Shown here one piece after another: positions 9,026-18,864 of a stretch of DNA of 64,000 nt (positions are counted from its first letter, which is position 1; every line of letters starts with the position of its first letter). Below the pieces are notes generated by a model that saw only the letters and a program-made list of their open reading frames with translations, had not been told where the DNA came from and made no database searches. Source of the stretch: Desulfovibrionaceae bacterium (GTDB lineage: Bacteria > Desulfobacterota > Desulfovibrionia > Desulfovibrionales > Desulfovibrionaceae); the NCBI GenBank assembly GCA_036655975.1, contig JAVVPD010000001.1, positions 12,047-76,046 on the forward strand. The letters are read 5' to 3'. A program made the translations under genes and the position numbers.

Positions 9026-10849
9026 ATGTGTGGAATTATTGGATATGCAGGCCACCGTCCCGCCGTTCCTCTGGTCATTAAAGGTTTGCGTCGTCTAGAA
9101 TACCGTGGCTATGATTCTGCCGGCGTGGCCTTTGTGCAGGGGGGCGAACTGTGTTGTATTCGCGCCGCCGGCAAACTTGCCGCCTTGGAAGAAAAGCTGG
9201 CGGCCTCCCCCAATGTGCTCGCCACCAGCGCCATGGGCCACACCCGTTGGGCTACCCACGGTGTTCCTGCGGAACGCAATGCCCATCCCCACTGTTCCAA
9301 CGACGGCAGCATGGCTTTAGTCCACAATGGCATTATCGAAAATTATCAAGAAATTAAAGATACACTCAGTGCCAAAGGCTACACCTTCAGCTCAGAAACC
9401 GATACCGAGGTGCTGGTCAACCTCATTGCCGAAGGCCGCAAACACAAGCCCAGCCCGCTGGAAGCCTTTGCGTGGGCCTTGCGTCAAGCCCACGGGGCCT
9501 ATGCGGTGTGCCTGACCTGTGCGGACGAACCCGGCGTGCTGTACGCCGCTCGCATGTCTGCGCCGCTCATTCTGGGTATTGGCGTGGGCGAAAATTTTGT
9601 GGCTTCTGATATTCCCGCCTTCTTGCCCTACACCCGCGATGTGGTATTTTTGGAAGAGGGCGAAATTGTCCGCATTGACGCCAATAGCTGGAAGGTGATG
9701 CGCCTGAGCGACCTGCAAAAGGTGGACAAAACCGTGCAAACGGTGCAGTGGGATATGCAGGCCGCACAAAAAGGCGGCTTTAAACACTTTATGCTCAAGG
9801 AAATTTTTGAGCAACCTCGGGTTATTACCGATTGTATGGCCGGTCGCCTTGACCCCAGCAGTACCCAAATTCACATGCCCGAGCTTGATGCCCTGCCCAT
9901 TCCTGAGCGCCTGCACATTGTGGCCTGTGGCACCAGCTATCATTCCGGCCTATGGAGCCGCCATATTTTGGAATCTTGGGCCCATATCCCCGTCAGCGTG
10001 GAAATAGCCTCAGAATTTCGCTATCGCGATCCCCTGCTCGGCCCCAAGGATATGGTGCTGGTTATCAGCCAAAGCGGCGAAACCGCCGACACCCTTGCCG
10101 CCCTACGCACCGCCCGTGAAAAAAATGTGCCCGTTGTTGGCCTGTGCAATGTGGTCGGCTCCAGCATCGCCCGTGAAGCTTCCGCCGTCATGTACACCCA
10201 GGCAGGCCCAGAAATCAGCGTGGCCTCCACCAAGGCCATGTGCAGCCAAATGGTGCTGCTCACCCTTATGGCGCTGGCGTGGGCGCAACGCCGGGGAAGC
10301 CTTGCCGCAGACGAAAGCACACGCATTGTCCACGCCCTGCGCTCTCTGCCCGCCCAACTCGAATCCGCCCTGCCCGCCATGCGCGACACCGCCCAAAGCC
10401 TGTCCCGCCAATACGCCAAGGCCCGTTCGTTCTTTTATCTTGGGCGCGGTCACTGCTTCGCCTTAGCCCTTGAAGGCGCGCTGAAGCTGAAAGAAATCTC
10501 CTATATCCATGCCGAAGGCTATGCCTCTGGGGAAATGAAGCACGGCCCCATTGCCCTCATCGATCCCGACTTCCCCACCTTTGCCTTAGCTTTGAACGAC
10601 GAACTTTTTCCCAAGGTTAAGTCGAATATCGTGGAAGTGCAGGCGCGCCAAGGGCAGATTATCGCCCTGACCAATGCGGGCCTTGACCTGCAAGTGGATA
10701 ATCCGTGGATAATCCCCACAGTGTATGGCCCCCTTGCGGGTTTTATGGTGCTGCCCGCCCTGCAATTGTTCAGCTATGAAACGGCAGACTATTTGGGTAA
10801 GGACGTGGACCAACCCCGCAATCTGGCAAAAAGTGTCACCGTGGAATAA
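9026..10849 (+). CDS. glmS: Glutamine--fructose-6-phosphate aminotransferase (isomerising)
   Basis: Begins MCGIIGY (N-terminal catalytic Cys), has two SIS domains, and ends NLAKSVTVE. I chose the ATG at 9026 rather than the longer ORF start at 8942. Confidence 0.97.
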   Translation: MCGIIGYAGHRPAVPLVIKGLRRLEYRGYDSAGVAFVQGGELCCIRAAGKLAALEEKLAASPNVLATSAMGHTRWATHGVPAERNAHPHCSNDGSMALVHNGIIENYQEIKDTLSAKGYTFSSETDTEVLVNLIAEGRKHKPSPLEAFAWALRQAHGAYAVCLTCADEPGVLYAARMSAPLILGIGVGENFVASDIPAFLPYTRDVVFLEEGEIVRIDANSWKVMRLSDLQKVDKTVQTVQWDMQAAQKGGFKHFMLKEIFEQPRVITDCMAGRLDPSSTQIHMPELDALPIPERLHIVACGTSYHSGLWSRHILESWAHIPVSVEIASEFRYRDPLLGPKDMVLVISQSGETADTLAALRTAREKNVPVVGLCNVVGSSIAREASAVMYTQAGPEISVASTKAMCSQMVLLTLMALAWAQRRGSLAADESTRIVHALRSLPAQLESALPAMRDTAQSLSRQYAKARSFFYLGRGHCFALALEGALKLKEISYIHAEGYASGEMKHGPIALIDPDFPTFALALNDELFPKVKSNIVEVQARQGQIIALTNAGLDLQVDNPWIIPTVYGPLAGFMVLPALQLFSYETADYLGKDVDQPRNLAKSVTVE

Positions 10850-10876
10850 CCCCCCCCCTGAGCAAAGGAGAAAACG

Positions 10877-11407
10877 GTGCGCGTGTCTTGGATATTGATA
10901 CTTCTCTTTCTTATGGCGGCGCCAGTCTATGCCAAACCTTACAATGTTAATATCTCCTGCAATCAGCTCGAGCTATTGCCTCCTGAGGTCGTGGGGCAAG
11001 TATGCTATTGGTGGCCCGGCTGGTGGAGCGCCCAGCATGGCGACCCGCACATTAACGCGATGCGGGTGATCCTCCTGACCAACGCGGTGACAGACGCGTG
11101 TACGCGCAACCAAAGCAGTAATATCCTGAGTACGGTTCGTGCCGTCCCGTCTTTACCCTCCGTACCAGACAACGGCCTCACCTATACCTGCCCGCAATTT
11201 CTAAACAGCGGCGAACAGTGGCAATATATGCATGTGCTCTGGCTACAGGGCTACATGGCTTGGGAAGACGGTAGCACCATGATAGAAGCCGACCTTACCC
11301 CCGTGGTGGAAAAAGCCCAGAAAATCTGCACCGCCTCGTCACACCTTAACATGGAGGCCGTGGGCCGCCGTCTTTTTTTGAAGAAAAAATACCTCCAATC
11401 GCAATAA
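10877..11407 (+). CDS. Hypothetical secreted protein (Cys/Trp-rich)
   Basis: GTG start with GGAG upstream. Signal peptide MRVSWILILLFLMAAPVYA. No recognisable motif. Confidence 0.5.
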   Translation: MRVSWILILLFLMAAPVYAKPYNVNISCNQLELLPPEVVGQVCYWWPGWWSAQHGDPHINAMRVILLTNAVTDACTRNQSSNILSTVRAVPSLPSVPDNGLTYTCPQFLNSGEQWQYMHVLWLQGYMAWEDGSTMIEADLTPVVEKAQKICTASSHLNMEAVGRRLFLKKKYLQSQ

Positions 11408-11429
11408 AATCCCCAAACGTCTCCCCGCT

Positions 11430-12224
11430 TTAACGTCCGAAGGGGGCTAAGGCTTGCTTCAAAAACTCTTTCACCGCGTCATAGCGGTGGGTTTCTTGGG
11501 CAAGAAAATCCACATCGCGCAGAATAACCACCAAGCGGCCCTTATGGCGGGTTTGTTGGAAGGGGCGGAGGCGGGGGGGCAACTCTAGGGCTTTGAGCGC
11601 GGGGGAACCCATAACCACAAGAGCGCGGGCTTTGAGCGCGTGGACACCGGACCAAAAAACTTCAGGATGAGCTTGCAGGTCAATACGCGCTTGCGGGTCT
11701 CCAGTGGCTGCGCTTTCCGCGTCAGCCAAAGCAGCGGGCAAAGCAGCGGGCAAAGCGGCGGGCCAAAAAGAATGCGTCCCCGCCGGATGCCCCAAGTCGC
11801 CCAACAAACGCTGTAACAGCGCGCGACGTTCAGCATTGGGGCGCACAAAATCTTCGCCCAAGGCCCAATACGTCCACAACACCGCAGCGGGCGCGGTTTT
11901 GTGCAGACGCTGCCGCCACGGCTCGGGCCACAGTGCGGGGGGCAATAGCGTTGGGGCAGGAGCGGTGCTGACAGCAGGCATAAAGGGGGCAGATGCCGCA
12001 GGACGCGCGGGAACCTGAACCGGGCGCGGGTGTGCCGGAACCGGCGCGGCTACGGGGCGCGGGCTAGGCCTATACGGCGAAGGCGGGGCGGCGCGCGGCG
12101 CGGGTTGCACGGCAATACACAGGGAATAGGGCGCGGGCAAGGGCTGATCTGCCAGCAAAAATTCCACGCCAGCCCGCTGCCACGGGCGCAAATACGGCAG
12201 CAGCCCTACAGCGTCAGTACCCAT
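11430..12224 (-). CDS. Hypothetical protein with a proline-rich central segment and an (LPAA)n repeat
   Basis: Long ORF on the same strand as coaBC and overlapping its 3' end. High-GC codon pattern. No motif recognised. The start is uncertain (12224 or 12272). Confidence 0.45.
   Translation of the reverse strand: MGTDAVGLLPYLRPWQRAGVEFLLADQPLPAPYSLCIAVQPAPRAAPPSPYRPSPRPVAAPVPAHPRPVQVPARPAASAPFMPAVSTAPAPTLLPPALWPEPWRQRLHKTAPAAVLWTYWALGEDFVRPNAERRALLQRLLGDLGHPAGTHSFWPAALPAALPAALADAESAATGDPQARIDLQAHPEVFWSGVHALKARALVVMGSPALKALELPPRLRPFQQTRHKGRLVVILRDVDFLAQETHRYDAVKEFLKQALAPFGR
11727..11762. repeat. 12-bp tandem repeat x3 (CAAAGCAGCGGG, third copy CAAAGCGGCGGG) inside the hypothetical CDS
   Basis: Read directly from the sequence. 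It encodes LPAALPAALPAA on the minus strand. Confidence 0.9.
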
Positions 12225-13435
12225 GTGCACACCTTCCACGCCACATCGGGCTTGCTCAGCTTGGGCCAACATTCTTGACGGCCCTGAAAATCCAGCACCG
12301 TAACACTGTTGGTTATGGCCCCAAAGCCCGAGCCGACCTGATTCACCGGATTAGCGACAATCATATGGGCTTTTTTAGCGTCTAATTTAATGCGGGCGGC
12401 CTGTACCAAATCTTCCACAGTTTCAGCGGCAAAGCCCACCACTTTTTGATCGGGGCGGCGATCGGCAGCCAAACTTTTCAAAATATCCACCGTGGGCGCA
12501 AAGTCGATACTCAAACCACCCTTGGCCTGCGCGTCGGCTTTTTTGAACTTGGTATTCCCGTAGGGCACGGGGGCAAAGTCGGCGACAGCAGCGGTGAAAA
12601 TACCCACGCTGGCGGCGGGCCACAGGGCGCGGGCGGTGGTATACATTTCCGCCGCGCTACCGACCTCGTGGCGGGTAATACCTGCGGGTAGCCACGGGCA
12701 GTGCGGCCCGCACACAGCGTCTACCCGCGCCCCGCGCAGCCACGCCGCCATGGCAAGACAAGCCCCCATGGTGCCGGTGGAAGGATTGGTCCAATGGCGC
12801 ACGGCGTCCCAACATTCCTGTGTAGGCCCAAGGGTCAGCATGATATGCTGGCCCGCCATATCTTGAGGAGCTAGGGCGCGCAAAGCCGCCCAATAAATTT
12901 CGCGCGGATCAGCAAGCTTGCCTTGGCCCTCGTCACCACAGGCCGTACTCCCGCAGGCGGGCAGCACCATAGCCACGCCGCGTTGTTCCAACATTCGCAC
13001 GTTGGCTTGTGTGGCGGCATGGGCCCACATGCGCGGATTCATGGCCGGCGCAAGCACCACAGCACCGTCAAAGGCCAAAGCCTGACAAGCCAGCAAGCTG
13101 TCAGCCTGCCCGTGCGCCAAACGCGCCAATGTGCTGGCTGAGGCCGGAGCAATACACATGGCCTGCGCCACCTGCCCGGGTTCTAAATGCCCAAACACGG
13201 CCTCGCTTCCAAACATTTCTGTGTACACAGGGCTGGCCCCTAAGGCTTCAAAGCTGAGGGGGGTCACAAATTTTTGTGCGGCAGGTGTCAGGGTGGCGGA
13301 AACTCGTACTCCGGTTTTTTGCCACCAACGCAGCACATCCAACAGGCGGTAGGCCGCCACAGAACCGCACACCCCCAAATGCAGCCGCCGCCCTTCCAGC
13401 GCGGAAAAGGCCCACGAGCGCTCCTGCACACTCAT
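12206..13435 (-). CDS. coaBC: Bifunctional phosphopantothenoylcysteine decarboxylase / phosphopantothenate-cysteine ligase
   Basis: N-terminal flavoprotein domain (LGVCGSVAAYR) and C-terminal CoaB domain (AAVADF.P....KFKK). 409 aa, typical Dfp length. Confidence 0.93.
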   Translation of the reverse strand: MSVQERSWAFSALEGRRLHLGVCGSVAAYRLLDVLRWWQKTGVRVSATLTPAAQKFVTPLSFEALGASPVYTEMFGSEAVFGHLEPGQVAQAMCIAPASASTLARLAHGQADSLLACQALAFDGAVVLAPAMNPRMWAHAATQANVRMLEQRGVAMVLPACGSTACGDEGQGKLADPREIYWAALRALAPQDMAGQHIMLTLGPTQECWDAVRHWTNPSTGTMGACLAMAAWLRGARVDAVCGPHCPWLPAGITRHEVGSAAEMYTTARALWPAASVGIFTAAVADFAPVPYGNTKFKKADAQAKGGLSIDFAPTVDILKSLAADRRPDQKVVGFAAETVEDLVQAARIKLDAKKAHMIVANPVNQVGSGFGAITNSVTVLDFQGRQECWPKLSKPDVAWKVCTWVLTL

Positions 13436-14088
13436 TAGGGTAAGCTCCGTTCCTGCACCCCGCCAGACGTGTTGCCGCCGCCGGCAGGAGGCACCGGCGC
13501 AGAATTCATGCCGTCTCCCCCACTGTTACCGTGGTACACGGGAACAGAATGAGCGCTGCCCGATGTTGAAGCACCGGGGGCAAGGGCAGGGTCAAGGGGG
13601 GGCGGCGGCGGTACCGCGCCATCGGCCAAACGGATACCTACCCATATTTCCATGGCATAGGAGGCGGTTTGATCGTAATAATAAATGACAGCATAGCGGT
13701 TTTCCCGCTCATACAATTGCATATACCGCGACGAGCCTGAGGCTGTGGTGCGGATAGCCCACCCGTCACGCAACATATTGTTGATCATCACGCGGGTCAG
13801 TGTCAGGCTGGGTATCCGGCCCTCCAAGGTTTCTAAGCCCACCTTGGTGCCGTCCTGTCCATAATTTACAAAGGTGCGGCTGGCGTTAGTTGACATATCC
13901 TTAGGCACGGGAATATCACTGAATTGGCTATACACTGCGGCTTCAGGATTGGGCGAAGAGGCAAAGGGATTCATATCCGCGCACCCTGTCAGGCCCAGAG
14001 TCAGCGCCAACACAAACAAAAACGCCACACGGCGGGGCACGGCAAATGTAGCGTGCTGCGTAATAAGGGTGACAAATGGACGGCGCAT
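13435..14088 (-). CDS. Hypothetical lipoprotein with a Pro/Gly-rich C-terminal tail
   Basis: Lipobox LTLGLTGC after a signal sequence. Its stop overlaps the coaBC start (TAATG). Confidence 0.6.
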   Translation of the reverse strand: MRRPFVTLITQHATFAVPRRVAFLFVLALTLGLTGCADMNPFASSPNPEAAVYSQFSDIPVPKDMSTNASRTFVNYGQDGTKVGLETLEGRIPSLTLTRVMINNMLRDGWAIRTTASGSSRYMQLYERENRYAVIYYYDQTASYAMEIWVGIRLADGAVPPPPPLDPALAPGASTSGSAHSVPVYHGNSGGDGMNSAPVPPAGGGNTSGGVQERSLP

Positions 14089-14211
14089 AGCTATAATTCT
14101 CCTTGGAACTGTCTGTTGGACGGCAAAGTTTTTTTACGACGGTAAGGGATACTCATAGCGCACACGCCTTTTCTGTGCAAGCTTGCCAGAACTACCCACA
14201 CGGGATTATTT

Positions 14212-15312
14212 ATGGATATTATACACAAAGACTTTCTGCTTTCCAGTTACCACTACGATTTACCCGAAACAAGCATTGCCCAATTTCCTCCGGATACCCG
14301 AGGAAATTCACGCTTGTTGGTGCTGGATCGAAAAACCAATACCCTCACGCATACAGAATTTGCCCTTTTGGGTGACTACCTGCCCAAGGGAGCTTTGCTG
14401 CTGGCAAACAATTCGCGCGTGCTCCAAGCCCGCCTGCTGGGCACCCGCCCCAGCGGTGGCAAGGTGGAATTTTTGCTGCTCACCCCCCTGCCCCTTGTCC
14501 TAGAGGCCGCAAAGCCCCAATCCCGTAAAGAGGGCTGGTTTAGTGCCGAGGCTAACGGGCTGGTGCGCTCAGGCGGGCGCATCAATGATGGTGATGTGGT
14601 CAGTTTTGGCGCGGGCATCAGTGTTACGGTGCTCGAATCCGGGCCTTTCGGGCAAAGAAGGGTCAAGCTGGAATGGAAGGGTGATCTAGCCGCCGCCTTT
14701 GCCGCTACCGGGCACATTCCCCTGCCCCCCTATATTAAACGCCCCGACGACGATGAAGACCAAAGCCGCTACCAAACTATTTTTTCCCGTCAGGACAAAA
14801 ATGGCTCTGTCGCTGCGCCCACTGCGGGCCTGCACTTTACCGAAGAGCTACGGCAAAGCCTGCGCGATCAGGGCTTTTCGTGGGCAGAGATCACCCTGTA
14901 TGTGGGCTACGGTACCTTCAGCCCTGTGCGGAGTGAAGACATCCGCCGCCACCGGATGCACCGTGAATATATAGAAATTTCCGAAGAAACCGTTGAGGCT
15001 ATCACCAAAGCCAAACGCGAAGGCCGTGCGGTTATTGCCGTGGGCAGTACCTCCACCCGCGCGCTGGAAGGGGTGTACGAACTCTGCCGCAAGGTACAGC
15101 CCTTCACCGGCTGGACAGACATTTTTCTGTACCCAACCCACTCCCCCAAGGTTATTGACGGGATGATCACCAATTTTCACCTGCCTGAATCGTCTTTATT
15201 AATGATGATTTCGGCCTTGGCGGGACGCCAAAATATTCTTGATGCCTATGCGGAAGCTATCAAACACGGCTACCGCTTCTTTTCCTATGGGGACGCCATG
15301 TTTATTCGCTAA
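14212..15312 (+). CDS. queA: S-adenosylmethionine:tRNA ribosyltransferase-isomerase
   Basis: DFLLSSYHYDLPE..IAQ.P...R..SRLLV, GHIPLPPYIKR, TAGLHFT, FHLP.SSLLM and RFFSYGDAM are all QueA hallmarks. Confidence 0.95.
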   Translation: MDIIHKDFLLSSYHYDLPETSIAQFPPDTRGNSRLLVLDRKTNTLTHTEFALLGDYLPKGALLLANNSRVLQARLLGTRPSGGKVEFLLLTPLPLVLEAAKPQSRKEGWFSAEANGLVRSGGRINDGDVVSFGAGISVTVLESGPFGQRRVKLEWKGDLAAAFAATGHIPLPPYIKRPDDDEDQSRYQTIFSRQDKNGSVAAPTAGLHFTEELRQSLRDQGFSWAEITLYVGYGTFSPVRSEDIRRHRMHREYIEISEETVEAITKAKREGRAVIAVGSTSTRALEGVYELCRKVQPFTGWTDIFLYPTHSPKVIDGMITNFHLPESSLLMMISALAGRQNILDAYAEAIKHGYRFFSYGDAMFIR

Positions 15313-15356
15313 CATTTGACAATGGCTTTTCCCAGTGCCCATAACAGGAGTTTACT

Positions 15357-15590
15357 ATGTCACGAATTGTTGTTTTACAGGACAGATGCAAGGGTTGCCT
15401 TTTGTGTACCACTGTCTGCCCCAAACATATTTTACGCCAATCACAGCATTTTAACCGCTTGGGCTATCAGGTGGTGGAAATGTCCGAAGACGCGGACAAA
15501 TGCACCGGCTGCGCCTCGTGCGGCGTTATCTGCCCCGATGTGGCCTTGCGCGTGTTCAAGACCGTTAAGGACAAGGGAGCAAAGGCATGA
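15357..15590 (+). CDS. korD: 2-oxoacid:ferredoxin oxidoreductase delta subunit (2x[4Fe-4S] ferredoxin)
   Basis: Two CxxCxxCxxxCP motifs (CKGCLLCTTVCP, CTGCASCGVICP). First gene of the kor-type operon. Confidence 0.8.
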   Translation: MSRIVVLQDRCKGCLLCTTVCPKHILRQSQHFNRLGYQVVEMSEDADKCTGCASCGVICPDVALRVFKTVKDKGAKA

Positions 15591-16684
15591 GCCAAGAAAG
15601 AATTCTCATTAAAGGTAATGATGCCATTGCCTTCGGCGCTGTGGACGCGGGTTGCCGCTGCTATTTCGGTTACCCCATCACCCCGCAAAACGAAATCCCC
15701 GAATCCCTCTCGAGCCTGCTGCCCGCCGTGGGCGGACAATTTGTGCAGGCCGAAAGCGAAGTAGGCTCTATTAATATGGTCATGGGCGCGGGCGCTTGCG
15801 GTATTCCCGCCATGACATCTTCATCCAGTTGCGGCATTTCTTTGATGCAGGAAGGCATCTCCTACATGGCGGGCAGCCATGTGCCGGGCGTTGTGGTGAA
15901 CATGGTACGCGGCGGCCCAGGCCTTGGTGATATCGGCCCCTCACAGGGAGACTATTTTCAAGCCGTCAAGGGCGGCGGTCACGGCGACTACCGCTGTTTT
16001 GTCATCGCCCCCGCCACGGCGCAAGAATGCTATGACATGATGTTCTGGGCCTTTGAAAGCGCCTTCAAATACCGTAACCCTGTGCTCGTGCTCGGCGATG
16101 CCATTGTCGGGCAGATCAAAGAACCCGTGCTGCGCCAGCCCCCTGCCACGGCCCTCGGTTTTGAAGGGCTCAAGGCACAAGCCGCCGCATGGCGCGTGGA
16201 AGGCTATGGCAGCCGTGGTCAAAACACGAGCGTGGCCCCCAAACGCCTGCTCAAATCCGTGTATCTTGCTGACGGCGCACTGGCCAAGCGCAATGAATTG
16301 CTGATGGAAAAATACGCCGCCATGCATGCCGAGGCCAAGGCCCTGTGCCTAGATACAGAAGATGCCGACCTTGTTATTGTGGCCTACGGCTCTATCGGTC
16401 GCATTGCCCAGAGCGCGCAGCGCATGCTGCGGGCCCAAGGACACAAAATAGGCATAGTGCGTCCACTCACGCTCTATCCCTTCCCCAGCACGGTGTTGGA
16501 AAAACTCGCCGCCCGTGGCAAGCGTTTTTTAGTTATCGAACAAAACACCGGACAAATGGTAGAAGACGTGCGCCTTGCCGTCCGCAAATACGGCGACGCC
16601 CAATGGCACGGAATTATGCCGGGGCTCTTTATTGGGGCTGACACCTTGCTGCAACCCATTGTCAACGCCTTGAAGGGAGCATAA
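15587..16684 (+). CDS. korA: 2-oxoacid (probably 2-oxoglutarate):ferredoxin oxidoreductase alpha subunit
   Basis: N-terminus GNDAIAFGAVDAGCRCYFGYPITPQNEI is typical of KorA/PorA. Its start overlaps the delta subunit stop. Confidence 0.88.
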   Translation: MSQERILIKGNDAIAFGAVDAGCRCYFGYPITPQNEIPESLSSLLPAVGGQFVQAESEVGSINMVMGAGACGIPAMTSSSSCGISLMQEGISYMAGSHVPGVVVNMVRGGPGLGDIGPSQGDYFQAVKGGGHGDYRCFVIAPATAQECYDMMFWAFESAFKYRNPVLVLGDAIVGQIKEPVLRQPPATALGFEGLKAQAAAWRVEGYGSRGQNTSVAPKRLLKSVYLADGALAKRNELLMEKYAAMHAEAKALCLDTEDADLVIVAYGSIGRIAQSAQRMLRAQGHKIGIVRPLTLYPFPSTVLEKLAARGKRFLVIEQNTGQMVEDVRLAVRKYGDAQWHGIMPGLFIGADTLLQPIVNALKGA

Positions 16685-16686
16685 TC

Positions 16687-17484
16687 ATGACATCTTCCGC
16701 TTGCTGCACCGCAGCCCCCAACGAAACCCTGGTTTTTGACACCAATCCCGTGTTGACAGACCATGTGACCCACTATTGCCCCGGCTGCCACCACGGTATC
16801 GCCCATAGGCTCATCACCAAGGTTATCCACGAAATGGGCATCGCCCCAGAAACCATCTTGGTGCCTTCGGTAGGTTGCTCGGCCTTTATTTACGACTATA
16901 TGGATCTGGACTGCATTGAAGCCCCCCACGGGCGCGCTTCGGCGGTGGCCACGGGGGTGAAACGTGCCCGCCCTGACCGCTTTGTTTTTGCCTATCAGGG
17001 GGACGGCGACCTTGGCTCCATCGGCATTGCCGAAGCCATTCACGCCGCCAACCGGGGAGAACGCATCACCGTGTTTTTTATTAATAACACCGTCTACGGT
17101 ATGACCGGAGGCCAAATGGCCCCCACCACCCTACTGGGGCAAAAAACCACCACGTCCCCTGCGGGGCGATCCATGCGTAACGAAGGCGCGCCCATTCGGA
17201 TGACTGAAATCATGGCCCAATTGGACGGCGTGGTCTATGCCGCCCGTTGTGCCCTCAATTCGGTAAAAAATATTCTGACAGCTGAAAAAGCCATCCGCAC
17301 CGCCTTCAGCATCCAGCAACAAAATTTGGGCTACGGCTTTGTGGAATTGCTTTGCGGCTGCCCCACCAATTGGCATTTGGACGCCATCAGCGCCAACGAA
17401 CGCATCGCCAAAGAAATGATCCCCGTCTTCCCCTTGGGAACCTTCAAAGACACTACAGCGCAGGAGGCCCCTTCCCATGACTAA
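16687..17484 (+). CDS. korB: 2-oxoacid:ferredoxin oxidoreductase beta subunit (TPP-binding)
   Basis: CPGCHHGI Fe-S/TPP region and the TPP motif GDGDLGSIG...NN.VYGMTGGQ. Confidence 0.9.
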   Translation: MTSSACCTAAPNETLVFDTNPVLTDHVTHYCPGCHHGIAHRLITKVIHEMGIAPETILVPSVGCSAFIYDYMDLDCIEAPHGRASAVATGVKRARPDRFVFAYQGDGDLGSIGIAEAIHAANRGERITVFFINNTVYGMTGGQMAPTTLLGQKTTTSPAGRSMRNEGAPIRMTEIMAQLDGVVYAARCALNSVKNILTAEKAIRTAFSIQQQNLGYGFVELLCGCPTNWHLDAISANERIAKEMIPVFPLGTFKDTTAQEAPSHD

Positions 17485-18016
17485 GTATCAAGACGTCATC
17501 ATGGCGGGCTTCGGCGGACAAGGGGTTATGCTCATTGGTAATCTGCTGGCCCAAGCCGGCATGGAACACGGCCGTAACGTCACCTTTATTCCCGTCTACG
17601 GCGCGGAAATGCGCGGTGGCACCGCCAATTGCACCGTTGTCATGGACGAATTGCCCATTGGCTCCCCCATTGTGCACCGGCCCATGTCTACAATTATCCT
17701 GAACCAGCCCTCGCTGGAAAAATTCCAGCCCCGACTCGCCGATCAGGGTGTGCAAATCGTCAACAGTGCCCTTATCGACGTAAAAGCTGTTGACCCAAAA
17801 TTGTGCAGCGTCTGCATCCCCGTCAACACTTTGGCCCACGAGCTTGGCTCAGTAAAAATGGCAAACATGGTCGCCCTTGGCGCGTGGCTCAAGGCTACGG
17901 GGGCCTTGCCGCTCGCCTGTGTGCAGGAAGCCCTAAAACGGGTAGTCTCCAGCCATTACGCCAAACTTATTCCCAAAAATGCTCAAGCCTTGGAAGTGGG
18001 CTACACCTATGTGTAG
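17477..18016 (+). CDS. korC: 2-oxoacid:ferredoxin oxidoreductase gamma subunit
   Basis: GFGGQGVMLIGNLLA...YGAEMRGGTANC is the typical gamma-subunit N-terminus. Overlaps korB by 8 nt. Confidence 0.88.
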   Translation: MTKYQDVIMAGFGGQGVMLIGNLLAQAGMEHGRNVTFIPVYGAEMRGGTANCTVVMDELPIGSPIVHRPMSTIILNQPSLEKFQPRLADQGVQIVNSALIDVKAVDPKLCSVCIPVNTLAHELGSVKMANMVALGAWLKATGALPLACVQEALKRVVSSHYAKLIPKNAQALEVGYTYV

Positions 18017-18024
18017 TTTGCAGC

Positions 18025-18044
18025 GGGGAGGCGCGAGCCTCCCC
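18025..18044 (+). terminator. GC hairpin after the kor operon (GGGGAGGC-GCGA-GCCTCCCC), no T-run
   Basis: 8-bp perfect stem 9 nt after the korC stop. Confidence 0.4.
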
Positions 18045-18072
18045 TAAACAGTCAACACAAAGGATACCCACT

Positions 18073-18675
18073 ATGGCTCGGATGCGCGCCTGCAAAGAAC
18101 AATTGAAGGCATGGCTCAACAGCGATGACTGGGAAAATCAGCTGGCGCGCCTGGCTGAATTAGACGATAAAGTCACTGTGGGGCCATTGTTTTCCTTCTT
18201 ATTGCTGGGGGAACCCATGACCTCACGGGCGGCAAGCGCTTTGGGCTTGGTGGTGGCACACCTTGCCCAGAAAAGCCCAGAAAGCGCGCGGAACATTGTG
18301 CGGCGGTGCATGTGGCATATGAACGAAGATTCCGGCAATATCGGATGGGGAATCCCCGAGGCTTTTGCGGAAATTCTGGTGCGTAGCCCGCTCTTGTTCC
18401 GAGAATTTCACCGGGTGCTGATTTCGTACATTATCCACACCGGTAAAAGTGACAATTATTGTGACCACGCCCCTTTACGTCGTTCTTGCTATGGGGCTGT
18501 GGGGCGTCTCCTGCAAGTCTACCCCCAGTTAGGGCCGCAGGTAGCCCCGTATCTGGAACAGGGCCTACAAGATACAGACCCGCCTTGCCGCGCACAAGCG
18601 GCGTGGGCTTTACAACAGATGCGTGAGCCAAAAAATACAGATTCAAAATGTGACGAAAAAAAGAAATCTCAATAA
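18073..18675 (+). CDS. Hypothetical HEAT/armadillo-like repeat protein
   Basis: ATG at 18073. Helical-repeat-like sequence, with the C-terminal PCRAQAAWAL resembling HEAT-repeat proteins. The upstream part of the ORF (17803-18072) overlaps korC and was discarded. Confidence 0.55.
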   Translation: MARMRACKEQLKAWLNSDDWENQLARLAELDDKVTVGPLFSFLLLGEPMTSRAASALGLVVAHLAQKSPESARNIVRRCMWHMNEDSGNIGWGIPEAFAEILVRSPLLFREFHRVLISYIIHTGKSDNYCDHAPLRRSCYGAVGRLLQVYPQLGPQVAPYLEQGLQDTDPPCRAQAAWALQQMREPKNTDSKCDEKKKSQ

Positions 18676-18864
18676 ATTCCATACAACACGATGATTTTAT
18701 ATATTTTATAAAAAAATAAAGGAGATTCAGCTGTAAACATAAGTATTTTCAGGTTGTCCCCCGAGCACAATCCATGTAAAATTTTTTTTTACGTACATGG
18801 GCATATTTTATACCCGTATACGATACGCAAAGCTTATGTGATCTTTTTTACCACGCATGGCATC

